Positions 12,955 to 26,323 of a stretch of DNA of 64,000 bases are shown here, in pieces. Numbering within the stretch: position 1 is the stretch's first letter; every line of letters starts with the position of its first letter. This stretch comes from Octopus sinensis. Lineage: Eukaryota. Location: the NCBI RefSeq assembly GCF_006345805.1, contig NC_043010.1, positions 39,122,001 to 39,186,000 of the forward strand, in the 5' to 3' direction. A program made the position numbers and the translations under genes. The notes beneath the pieces were generated by a model. It did no database searches. It worked only from the letters and a program-made list of their open reading frames with translations, and had not been told where the DNA came from.

Positions 12955-14221
12955 CCTTCTATATAATAAATAGATATATATATATATATTTGAGCGTGTG
13001 TATTGACGTTATACAAATGTATCTATGTGTCTAAAGTCTAGCTTAATATTACAGTTTAATATTATAGCTGCTATCGAAATAATTATATGAGGCGATCATG
13101 AATAGAGATATAAGAAAGAAGGTTATACATCTTATCATCATCACAGTTATATTATGGAAGTCAAAGCAAAAGAATATGTTGCTAATAATTAACATCCTAT
13201 CATGGACACATCGCAGTAATAAGTGGTGTTTTTACGACTAGAAGACTCTATTACTTATGGATATATTACAGAGAAGGGCGGGCTATTGTTGTTTCACCCC
13301 AAGTTACCCCTAGTTAGGTGGACATATCAAGTGCCCATGTATTTTTTGTTGCTTTATGGATTTTGTAAATGCACTGCAGTTTAGTGACTACGAAGCGAAC
13401 AGGTCAGCGAAGCATGTGTATGTGGTCTTTTCATCTACTATATATGTCCCACAAACAAGACGCTCCAGTCTTAAATAGGAAATGATATGTTGTTTCATCT
13501 ATTCCCACATACCTATTAATATTGACCGGCTGATCACGGTATTAATCTCTTTGATATCCACGACAGTCAGAAATATCATTAAAGTGCAGGAAACCTTGGT
13601 CATTGTCTACCTCTTTCGCCGATAGACTAGCCTCAATAAGTAATAATTATTTAACTGGCAAAAAGGCGGTGGATTAACTGAATGCTTCTGTCAGATTTTG
13701 TAATTATTTTCTAAATCCCTCAATACATTATTAATCAAAGCCTTCGGCTGTTCGATAATAGATATTGATTCAAGTCCTTTTATGCGTTCCCACAATAAAC
13801 TACTTATCATGGTAATGTAATTTCAAGACGTCTTTTACATTAAGAAACTCTATTCAACTTCATATTTGAACCATTGGTCAAATAAACAAGGCATTAAATC
13901 ACGCGAATTGTAAATGCGTAAAATATTTTTTTTAAATGTCATACAATAAGAAGGAATGTTATACGGCATTCATTCATATTCTATTACACTTTGCTTTTCG
14001 CCTGTGAAGCGTTTCATGTTCACTTAATGGTCGACGTTGCATTTCATGTATCTGTATTCAAAATAAAACTAAAATGCTAATTAAAACCTGGGATCTATAC
14101 AATGGCATTCCGTTCAGCTCTACGTCCTGAGTTCAAATTCCGTTGAGGGTGACATTGACTTTCATCCTTTTGGGACTCGATAAAATAAGTAACTGTCGAT
14201 TCTTTTTTCTTCTTTTTTTCT

Positions 14222-14524
14222 ACGCCCTTTTCAAGCCTAGCCAGGCTCATGGTTCCGGTTTCCCGGTTTCTATGGCTTATGTGTTCACCCACCCCCAGCT
14301 GGACGGGTCGCCAGTCCATCGCAGCCTTACTCAAGAAACAGGAAGAGTGAGAGAAAGTTGGGGCGAAAGAGTACAATAGGGGTCGCTACCACCTCCTGCC
14401 GGAGCCAAGTGGGGCATTAGGTGTTTTCGCTCAATAAACTCACCCAACACCCGGTCTGGGAATAGAAACCGCGATCCACCCACCGCATGTCCACTGCCCT
14501 ATCCAGTGGGCCATTGCGCCTCCA
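14222..14524 (-). mobile_element. tRNA-derived SINE (head type C with V-domain-like tail), inserted into a family B SINE fragment
   Basis: Head matches 7080-7227. Tail contains ctgcgatggactggcgacccgtccag (V-SINE-like) and matches 47696-47800. Confidence 0.8.
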
Positions 14525-15832
14525 GTAACTGTCGATTACATCAACATTATACTCGCTTGAAAAGCCAAACTTTGAAGCCATTATTAAACAGAAACAAAGG
14601 CGGAGAGCTTTTCGGGTTTGATAAAATAAAGTGTCAGTCAGATATTGAGGTTGATATAATGAACATGCCCATTGTTCCCAAAACTAATGGCCTTGTGGCA
14701 AAATTAAAAAGATTACAAAGATTCATTAAGAACTGGCAGAATCGTTAAGATATCGGAGAAAGAAACCTTATTCGGTGTATGTTCCGAGTCTTCATGTTCT
14801 GCACCCATATCCCGCCGATGTCAACTTTTCATTTTATCGCTTCGGGCTGGATAAAATAAAGTACGGTCCAAGTACTGGCGTCCATGGTAACGACTTAAAC
14901 CCCTCCCTATTAAGATGAAATATCTGGCCTTGTTCTTAATTTAGAACGCATCATTAAGAGTAAAAACAAGAAAAGATATCAAAGGTGACAAAAATACCCA
15001 ACGTAATTTTCAAAATTACATAAAATTGCTACCAGAGTAACATGTCGGTCTTATTTTATTTCGCTGGTTTATTTTTATGTAAAGTTCAATTTTAAAATTT
15101 ATTCTATTTTTTATTGGCAGTTTCTCCGCTATTTATCGATTATTTGTATTTTTATTTTCTAGTTTACATTTTATGGCTTCTCACGATCGTTCTCAGATCA
15201 CATTTTGGAGATTAAAAAGTAATTAGCTTGTTATTAGAGAAGATTATGTTGCAATTGCAGCGGACACATCTTAAATAGAATAACAATTTAGCAGAGGACA
15301 TGCGTAAGTAGAACGAGATTTAAAATTTCTTCGACAGTCAAATAGGGTTCGCAGTTTCGATCCCTTGTAGAAAATGTTTCATGATATTTCAGGCACCAAA
15401 TAGACTTTACAATGTAGTGAAATGATTTGAACAAGAAAGCTTGAATGTGATCATTCTGTCATTTAAGAATAATCGCCACATCTCCTTCCTATCATAGTCA
15501 ACCGTTTGAGAAAAGGTTAAAGACACTTATTAGGTATTATTGTTCCAGATCTCTTATAAAAAACAACAAAAACAACAACAAAGAAACAAATGAAATAGAG
15601 AAACAAAGAAACAAAAAAATAACTGACCAGACTAAAATAAAACACTTTGAACATATCTTTTGCGGGGAGGGATGACTCGCAAATAATTATGAAAATCACA
15701 AACGCCGCAACATCGTATAATAAATAGGTTGTCAAGATTTGGATAAAAACAATTTATTTAGTGCTCTCATCTCTGTTAAGAAATTCCTCATAAATTATGT
15801 ATTTGTAGAAAATTCATACCATTTATATATAT

Positions 15833-16066
15833 GTATTTCTTTATGGCCCACAAAGGGCTAAACATAGAGAGGACAAACAAGGACAGACAAAGGGATTACG
15901 TTGATTACATCAACACCAGTGCGAAACTGGTACTTTTATTTATCGACCCCGAAAGGATGGAAGGCAAAGTCGACCTCGGCGGAATTTGAACTCAGAACGT
16001 AACGACAGACGAAATACCGCTAAACATTCCGCCCGGCGCGCTAACGTGTCTGCCAGCTCGCCGCCT
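15833..16066 (-). mobile_element. tRNA-derived SINE family B (Meta/MESC-like central domain)
   Basis: Minus strand reads ggcggcgagctggcaga...gagttcaaattccgccgaggtcgactttgccttccatcctttcggggtcgataaa. Colinear with 41628-41862. Confidence 0.88.
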
Positions 16067-16363
16067 TTTATATATATGTGTGAGTTAGCTGAAAAAAATT
16101 TGGAATTGAATTTGTTTCTTGGGTTCTGGGAAGATAATATTTTGGGAGTAATTGGGATGTTTTTTTATTATTTTCAATCTATATGTGTCTATTTATATAT
16201 GAGCGTGTGCGTGTGTGTATGTGCATTTATGAATATATATAATCTGAATATTCTACTAAAGTAGCTGCAATCGCTATAATATGATTTATAAAATCATGTG
16301 ACATATTACTAAAAATCTGTAAATGTTAACCATCCAGATTTCTGGGTATCTTATTTTATTCTA

Positions 16364-16432
<69 letters not shown>

Positions 16433-16595
16433 CACGAAACCCATACGTATATAAAGTTGTTTCTAGTTTAAAGTTTTACCGTTCACAAAAAGAATCTGCA
16501 GGCGCAGTATGTATTACATAATAGTAAAAACGAACGAAATCGATAATTTGTGTTGTACAATATATGTTCCTGTTGCAAATTCCTTATAGATGTTG

Positions 16596-16653
<58 letters not shown>

Positions 16654-16716
16654 GAACATATATATATGAATATATATATATATGAACATATATATATGAA
16701 TATATATATATATATA

Positions 16717-16754
<38 letters not shown>

Positions 16755-17559
16755 GGTGCCCCAGCATGGCCACAGCTTGTGAGCTGAAGCTAGATAAAAA
16801 AAAATGTATATATATAAACTTAATTGCCTATATATCGTTCTATATAGGCATATATATATATATATATATATAAATTTTAAAGCGTATTTTCGAGTAAAAT
16901 GTTTAGTGAATTCGCTTTTATTATCCACAGAATCGGAATATCCAATTGTGGTTCGGTGCTCCTCAGTTTATCTATGAACAGAACTAACACCCCATTAGTT
17001 TACTGTCTAAATTGCAACAATCTGAAAATTTGAATGTTTATTGGGATTCCCGTATCAGCCATGTATAAATATAACATCCAATAGGAACTGATGCGCTATA
17101 TAAAAGAAAATAAAACATATATACGCAGTTATTACTTGACATAATATAATAACACACATTTTCACTTACACAAACACACACATATATAATAGCCATAAAG
17201 TTATGTATGCACACCTCTGCATCCACTCGTTTGTGTGTGTGCGCGGGAGCGTGTTGATGTCTATGTGTATGCAGCTCATCTGGTGATTTTTATTCATTGG
17301 AGTATTGACTAGAAAATATGTGCATCTGTCCTCCAGTTATATTTTAAAACGATTCCAATTGAAATATAATTTCTTTATATATATATGTATATATATATAT
17401 GCTTGCTGTATATTATAATTATTCAGAATACAAACAAACAAGTATTCCCAAGAATGTCTTAAAGAGAAGAGTCTACAATTCCATTTTTTTTCTGAAAACT
17501 ACAATGTCAAGCTGTGCTTACAAAGATGGCTTTGGAGCATTAGAGTGTTATTGAATTAT

Positions 17560-17588
17560 ATATATATATATATATAATATATATATAT

Positions 17589-17625
<37 letters not shown>

Positions 17626-17835
17626 AACATACACATATATATATATATATAAACATACACACATATATATATATATATATATATAAACATACACATATAT
17701 ATATATATATAACATACACACATATATATATATATATATAAACATACACATATATATATATATATAAACATACACACATATATATATATATATATTATAT
17801 ATATATATTATATATATATATATATATAAATATAT
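17560..17835. repeat. Minisatellite of ~26-34 bp units, (AT)n-AAACATACAC, derived from a microsatellite
   Basis: Six recurrences of (a)aacatacac separated by (AT) runs. Confidence 0.8.
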
Positions 17836-18654
17836 AACATAAATAAAGCGAGGCTCGCTAATATACATATAGGTATATATATATATATGTATATGTATAT
17901 ATATATATGTATGCATATATGTATGTGTATGTATATATGCATGTATATATGTGTTTGTATCTGCGTATGTGCTCTCCCGAGCTTTGCTTTCATTTATGTG
18001 CAGTTTATGTTACATTTTGATCAATAGAATTTCCAAAGAGGTGATTGAATATTCTGCGTTATAGCTTTGCAGTAAATGCATTTAAAAGTTTTGTTTGGGA
18101 GATCAAATCCCAGCGTATCGTAAAAAAAAATTGTAACCGATCACGAATCTTCTCGCCGTGAATCTTTAATAAGAATAACTAAAGTCCCTGGCTCGAAGTG
18201 ATATCCAACTCCAAGGTACGGCATGATTTACGTTGAAAAAAAAAAAAAGTACAAACATAGTAGCCCTAATCTTCTCTCTTTGTTCGGTTGATGCAAATGA
18301 TTTTCATCTCAGAAATGTTACTCATGTTCAGTTCCAGTGAGAACAATGATCCCTTAGTTAGAATTATATGGACAAGAGTAAAAATAGCAGCGTGTAACCT
18401 CCTAGTGTGGGAAAACCTGCAAATATGAACTACATTCTTCCGTTGATATGAAGAATTACATTTTGAAGGGATCGAACAAACATTCCAAATGGTCACTTTG
18501 CGTGATTGGAACTGATGTTGTCTTCATATCAGCAATGTGTATATTTTAAAAATTATCTTTAATGAGACAGCACTGCCAATTAATCGCCACTAATTAAATA
18601 CTAATAGTTACTTTATAATAGTTACAATGCCTGAAAGTTTTCGGGAAATGGATT

Positions 18655-19440
18655 GTCGATTACTTCTACTCCAGTGTTCAACTGGTACTTATTTCATTGG
18701 CCCCGAAAGAACGAAAGGTTAAGTCGACCTCTGCAGAAAGTGAACTCAGAATGAAAAGCCGGAAAACTACCGCTAGGCACTTTCTCCAAGGTGAAAACGA
18801 TATCAGCACGCCACCCAAGAGTAATCTCTAATAATGATTTCAAATTTTGTCGCAAAGCCAGCAGTTTCGGGGCAGTGGGCAAGTCAGTTACATCTACCAC
18901 AGTTTTCGACTGGTAACTATTATCTTATCGACCCCGAAAGAATGAAAGCAAAGTCGGTCTCGGTGGAATTTGAACTCAAAACGTAAGGACGGTCGAAATG
19001 ACACTAAACCTTTTTGGCCCGGTGTGCTAAAGATTCTGCCAGCTCGTCACCCGAAATTAAACACTAATATTTAATTCTTTATTGCCCACATGGGGCTAAA
19101 CATAGAGAGCATAAACAAGGACAGTGCGTAACTGGTACATATTTAATTGATCCCGAAAGGATGAAAGGCAATGTCGACATCGGCGGAATTTGAACTCAGA
19201 ACGTAGCGGCAGACGAAATACCTATTTCTTTACTTCCCACACAGAAAGGACAGACAAGGATAGACAAACGGATTAAGTCGATTATATCGACCCCAGTGCG
19301 TAACTGGTACTTCATTTATCGACCCCGAAAGGATGAAAGGCAAAGTCGACCTCGGTGGAATTTGAACTCAGAACGTAACGGCAGACGAAATATGGCTACG
19401 CATTTCGCCCGGCGTGTTAACGATTCTGCCAGTTCACGGC
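18655..19440 (-). mobile_element. Cluster of four family B SINE copies or fragments, including a dimeric copy at 19073-19440
   Basis: Repeated gaccccgaaaggatgaaaggcaaagtcgacctcgg.ggaatttgaactcagaacgt motif. Confidence 0.85.
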
Positions 19441-21270
19441 AGGCAGAGTGAGGTGGATAGACAAAATTTCTAGATTTTCCTGTATTTAATAAATTAAGAA
19501 CAAGGCCAGAAATGTTAGTTTGATAGGGAGGGGTTTAAGTCGATACCACCGACGCCAGTCCTTAGCTCGTACTTCGTGTATGACAGTGCGCTGGCAAAAA
19601 TGTTGATAAAATAAGTACCAATTGAACCCTAGGGTAGATTCACTTGACTTATTCCCGCTCCAAATATTGCTGCTCATATGCCAAAGTTTGAAACCAATAT
19701 ATTTAATACATACAAATATAATACAATTCAAGACTGAAAATATTTTAGAAGTAAACCAATATTCCAAACTTTCAATACACCATTTCCGTCTTAAAAGATG
19801 AAAGAAAAACATAATAGATATTCTAGTATATGGTGGTATAGATATACCATCATATCTGAGATCGTGTATCTTAGTATTCTAATGCGGTAGTTAGAGATCG
19901 AATTACATGGTTTATAGTTTCTGTTTGATCCGAGCAAAACTAAGACTCGTTTTCCTCCTCTTTCCCTCCACATCATCATAATCAGCGTCATCTTTATCAT
20001 AGTTCGTCCTCCTCATGAGAAAACCAATGTGAAAGCCAATGAAAGACTGTGTAACGCATTCTATCCAGCTCGTAAAAATTGTAAATAAATATTGGAGAAT
20101 AAAGTCCTAGTTACAATATCACCGTAATAAGACGTAACAGTGTTGGGGCACTTTTATCATAGATATGGTCAATCAATGTTAGTCGGGCCCAAATCACCAA
20201 CAGAAATATTCGCAGCAATTCTAAAGAATAAAAGTCGACATTCTAATAGAGTGTCTCGAACACAACCGTTGGTATTTCCTGTAAACACTTTCAGATGATT
20301 TCGAGGTTATCCATAATCATGATCATGATCATCCTGATCATCATCATCATTAACACAACCATCTCCACCACCACCACCACCACAGTCACAGTAACCAACA
20401 CCACCACCATTACAATAATCAACAGTAGCATCACAGACCAATGAATGAGAGAGAGAATGTGAGAAAGAGGAAGTGAGAGAAAGTGGGTGTGAGAGAGATA
20501 GATCGTAAGGGAGAGAGAGAGGTGTGTGTAAGAGAGAGATTCAGAGAGATATTGAGAAGCAGAGAAAGTGAGGAAAAGATAGTGAGAGAGCTCCTTCATT
20601 CGGAAACGATCATTTATAATGAAGAACCAAATGTTCTTCAAATCACACCCCACAGACTTGAGAAAGATAAAAGGAAATACGAATTACTGTCTTTTGCAGC
20701 ATGCCTTAACATTTGGCAGGTGTTATATGTTATGAAATAGAACATCAACCTTAATTAGTTGAATGATAACCATTTTGTCTACTTGCAGAATTTGATTTCG
20801 TAACGTTAAAGGTTTGCGATAATACAAGGCATGTCATTTTGTCCGTAACCCTTTCATCTGAAGAATCGAGATGAAAGCACACACACTTCATTCAATGAAA
20901 TATTATTGGAAATCAGATATAATATAACAAATAAAACTTCTTTACACTCTAGGTATCCGAGACTTACTGCTTATCTATAAACGACATTTTACAAGCGCTT
21001 TCAATTTCCCTATTCCCCGATAATAGTTTCAAATTTTCTATATTTACCTTAATTTTATAGGAAACCTGCAGGATGCATTATTATATGAAAGATTATCAAA
21101 TAAAGCCTGCTTGACGCATTTCAACTGACACTGCTTCAACATCATAACAGAGTCTCTCCATTCAAAGTGACGTATAATGTCTTGTTATCTCGTAAAGCAC
21201 CATTTTGGTACAGCATATAGTGTGCTGGAGGAATTTTACGTGATTCACAGCCATTACACGTTATATATAT

Positions 21271-22052
<782 letters not shown>

Positions 22053-22054
<2 letters not shown>

Positions 22055-25000
22055 ATTTGGCGCGAGTGCGATGATTTGAAAATTTTAGGTCAGATATTGC
22101 CGAGGCAGGGACGGGAATGCCTCGTGAAAAATATATGTTCCGACTTGGCTATTTCTTACGATGAATCTAAGGGCTATGGTAGATTGGCTTGATTTAATTT
22201 AATCAGGTAGTTTACCATTAAACAGTAGATTAAACGGTGCATCGTATAAGAAATTACAGGGTAAATGTTTTTTAATTTTCTCCTGGTTTACGGAATTGAT
22301 GTTATTTTGCGGTTGAAGCTTTTGGCTGTTATTTCTAGTGGGTGAATGGCCTATTATGGCCGTTCCTTGATTGTGATGTTGAACTTAAAAATGGTCTATG
22401 ACTATTTAATTTTTTCCCACTAGGCCGCTGGTGGCAAAAAAATTCTACAAAATTTTTTGCCACCCTATATTGGATTAATTATGAATTTTCTGGTTAATTC
22501 CGTAATGGAATCGGCGGCTTATATTTATTTGCTGCCGATAAATTTGGCGCGCGTGCGATGATTTGAAAATTTTAGGTCAGATATTGCCGAGGCAGGGACG
22601 GGAATGCCTCGTGAAAAATATATGTTCCGACTTGGCTATTTCTTACTGATGAATCTAAGGCCTATGGTAGATTGGCTTGATTTAATTTAATCAGGTTAGT
22701 TTACCATTAAACAGTAGATGAAACGGTGCATCGTATAAGAAATTACGGGTAAATGTTTTTTAATTTTCTCCTGGTTTACGGAATTGATGTTATTTTGCGG
22801 TTGAAGCTTTTGGCTGTTATTTCTAGTGGGTCAATGGCCTATTATGGCCGTTCCTTGATTGTGATGTTGAACTTAAAAATGGTCTATGTCTATTTAATTT
22901 TTTCCCACTAGGCCGCTGGTGGCAAAAAAATCTACAAAATTTTTTGCCACCCTATATGATTACTTATGAATTTTCTGGTTAATTCCGTAATGGAATCGGC
23001 GGATTATATTTATTTGCTGCCGATAAATTTGGCGCGCGTGCGATGATTTGAAAATTTTAGGTCAGATATTGCCGAGGCAGGTACGGGAATGCCTCGTGAA
23101 AAATATCTGTTCCGACTTGGCTATTTCTTACTGATGAATCTAAGGGCCTATGGTAGATTGGCTTGATTTATTTAATCAGGTTAGTTACCATTAAACAGTA
23201 GATGAAACGGTGCATCGTATAGAAATTACAGGGTAAATGTTTTTTAATTTTCTCCTGGTTTACGAATTGATGTTATTTTGCGGTTGAAGCTTTTGGCTGT
23301 TATTTCTAGTGGGTGAATGGCCTATTATGGCCGTTCCTTGATTGTGATGTTGAACTTAAAAATGGTCTATGACTATTTAATTTTTTCCCACTAGGCCGCT
23401 GGTGGCAAAAAAATTCTACAAAATTTTTTGCCACCCTATATTGATTAATTATGAATTTTCTGGTTAATTCCGTAATGGAATCGGCGGCTTATATTTATTT
23501 GCTGCCGATAAATTTGGCGCGCGTGCGATGATTTGAAAATTTTAGGTCAGATATTGCCGAGGCAGGGACGGGAATGCCTCGTGAAAAATATATGTTCCGA
23601 CTTGGCTATTTCTTACTGATGAATCTAAGGGCCTATGGTAGATTGGCTTGATTTAATTTAATCAGGTTAGTTTACCATTAAACAGTAGATGAAACGGTGC
23701 ATCGTATAAGAAATTACAGGGTAAATGTTTTTTAATTTTCTCCTGGTTTACGGAATTGATGTTATTTTGCGGTTGAAGCTTTTGGCTGTTATTTCTAGTG
23801 GGTGAATGGCCTATTATGGCGTTCCTTGATTGTGATGTTGAACTTAAAAATGGTCTATGACTATTTACTTTTTTCCCACTAGGCCGCTGGTGGCAAAAAA
23901 ATTCTACAAAATTTTTTGCCACCCTATATTGATTACTTATGAATTTTCTGGTTATTCCGTAATGGAATCGGCGGATTATATTTATTTGCTGCCGATAAAT
24001 TTGGCGCGCGTGCGATGATTTGAAAATTTTAGGTCAGATTTGCCGAGGCAGGTACGGGAATGCCTCGTGAAAAATATCTGTTCCGACTTGGCTATTTCTT
24101 ACTGATGAATCTAAGGGCCTATGGTAGATTGGCTTGATTTAATTTAATCAGGTTAGTTTACCATTAAACAGTAGATGAAACGGTGCATCGTATAAGAAAT
24201 TACAGGGTAAATGTTTTTTAATTTTCTCCTGGTTTACGGAATTGATGTTATTTTGCGGTTGAAGCTTTTGGCTGTTATTTCTAGTGGGTGAATGGCCTAT
24301 TATGGCCGTTCCTTGATTGTGATGTTGAACTTAAAAATGGTCTATGACTATTTAATTTTTTCCCACTAGGCCGCTGGTGGCAAAAAAATTCTACAAAATT
24401 TTTTGCCACCCTATATTGATTAATTATGAATTTTCTGGTTAATTCCGTAATGGAATCGGCGGCTTATATTTATTTGCTGCCGATAAATTTGGCGCGCGTG
24501 CGATGATTTGAAAATTTTAGGTCAGATATTGCCGAGGCAGGGACGGGAATGCCTCGTGAAAAATATATGTTCCGACTTGGCTATTTCTTACTGATGAATC
24601 TAAGGGCCTATGGTAGATTGGCTTGATTTAATTTAATCAGGTTAGTTTACCATTAAACAGTAGATGAACGGTGCATCGTATAAGAAATTACAGGGTAAAT
24701 GTTTTTTAATTTTCTCCTGGTTTACGGAATTGATGTTATTTTGCGGTTGAAGCTTTTGGCTGTTATTTCTAGTGGGTGAATGGCCTATTATGGCCGTTCC
24801 TTGATTGTGATGTTGAACTTAAAAATGGTCTATGACTATTTACTTTTTTCCCACTAGGCCGCTGGTGGCAAAAAAAATTCTACAAAATTTTTTGGCACCC
24901 TATATTGATTAATTATGAATTTTCTGGTTAATTCCGTAATGGAATCGGCGGCTTATATTTATTTGCTGCCGATAAATTTGGCGCGCGTGCGATGATTTGA

Positions 25001-25781
25001 AAATTTTAGGTCAGATATTGCCGAGGCAGGGACGGGAATGCCTTGTGAAAAATATCTGTTCCGACTTGGCTATTTCTTACTGATGAATCTAAAGGCCTAT
25101 GGTAGATTGGCTTGATTTATTTAATCAGGTTAGTTTACCATTAAACAGTAGATGAAACGGTGCATCGTATAAGAAATTACAGGGTAAATGTTTTTTAATT
25201 TTCTCCTGGTTTACGGAATTGATGTTATTTTGCGGTTGAAGCTTTTGGCTGTTATTTCTAGTGGGTGAATGGCCTATTATGGCGTTCCTTGATTGTGATG
25301 TTGAACTTAAAAATGGTCTATGACTATTTACTTTTTTCCCACTAGGCCGCTGGTGGCAAAAAAATTCTACAAAATTTTTTGGCACCCTATATTGATTAAT
25401 TATGAATTTTCTGGTTAATTCCGTATGGAATCGGCGGCTTATATTTATTTGCTGCCGATAAATTTGGCGCGCGTGCGATGATTTGAAAATTTTAGGTCAG
25501 ATATTGCCGAGGCAGGGACGGGAATGCCTTGTGAAAAATATCTGTTCCGACTTGGCTATTTCTTACTGATGAATCTAAAGGCCTATGGTAGATTGGCTTG
25601 ATTTAATTAATCAGGTTAGTTTACCATTAAACAGTAGATGAAACGGTGCATCGTATAAGAAATTACAGGGTAAATGTTTTTTAATTTTCTCCTGGTTTAC
25701 GGAATTGATGTTATTTTGCGGTTGAAGCTTTTGGCTGTTATTTCTAGGGGGTGAATGGCCTATTATGGCCGTTCCTTGATT

Positions 25782-25786
<5 letters not shown>
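22053..25786 (+). repeat. Tandem array of ~485-489 bp units (~7.6 copies), each with a hammerhead motif; retrozyme-like
   Basis: CTGATGA cores at 22159 (T deleted), 22646, 23131, 23616, 24102, 24591, 25080 and 25566, spaced 485-489 bp apart. Units differ mostly by 1-nt indels and a few substitutions. (TA)n flanks the composite array on both sides. Confidence 0.97.
24094..24200 (+). ncRNA. Type I hammerhead ribozyme (representative intact array copy), predicted cleavage after A24192
   Basis: Stem I ATTTCTTA 24094-24101 pairs with TAAGAAAT 24193-24200. CTGATGA is at 24102-24108. Stem II ATCTA 24109-24113 pairs with TAGAT 24172-24176 and encloses a 19-bp hairpin. GAAA is at 24177-24180, stem III is ACGG[TGCA]TCGT, and the GTA triplet is at 24190-24192. 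Confidence 0.9.
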
Positions 25787-25834
<48 letters not shown>

Positions 25835-25846
25835 TATATTATATAT

Positions 25847-25895
<49 letters not shown>

Positions 25896-25900
25896 TATTG

Positions 25901-26323
25901 TTGTATATAGGAATGGTCATTTTGCCAGTTTAGCCAATAAACACACACTCACTATATATTTGGTGTTACTTTGCTTCAGCTTTATTTATTGTTTACATTA
26001 ATCTTAATCTTATTCCGTTTAGAGTTTTTTCGCCATACTCCTGTGACCGCATCAATGGTCCTTTGCTTTCTTCTTTCTTATTTGTGTGTCTCTCCTTACT
26101 AACCGCCAGCCATTTTGTATTTCTATTGTATGTGTCTTCATTTGCGCATGCGCATATCTCTATGTGCGTCTATGTATGTGTGACGAAAGAACTCTGGCCG
26201 AAATAAGATTAAGATTAATGTAAAAAATAAAAAAATAAATAACGCTGAAGCAAAGTAACACCAAATATATAGTGCCTGTGTTTTTATTGACTAAACTGGC
26301 AAAATGACCATTCCTAAATACAA
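25901..26323. repeat. Inverted repeat (fold-back) with ~135-145 bp arms and ~145 bp spacer
   Basis: taggaatggtcattttgccagtttag..actatatatttggtgttactttgcttcagc..ttacattaatcttaatcttatt recurs as its reverse complement at 26180-26323. Confidence 0.9.

Noticed and set aside
20857-20900. CTGAAGA-atc-ga-gat-GAAA hammerhead-like string
   Set aside because: Stem II would have a 2-nt loop, and no credible stem I or III can be formed.
22057-22146. Pol III A/B boxes in the array unit (tggcgcgagtgc .. gttccgact)
   Set aside because: Both deviate from consensus and need indels to fit, so the promoter of the array remains unknown.
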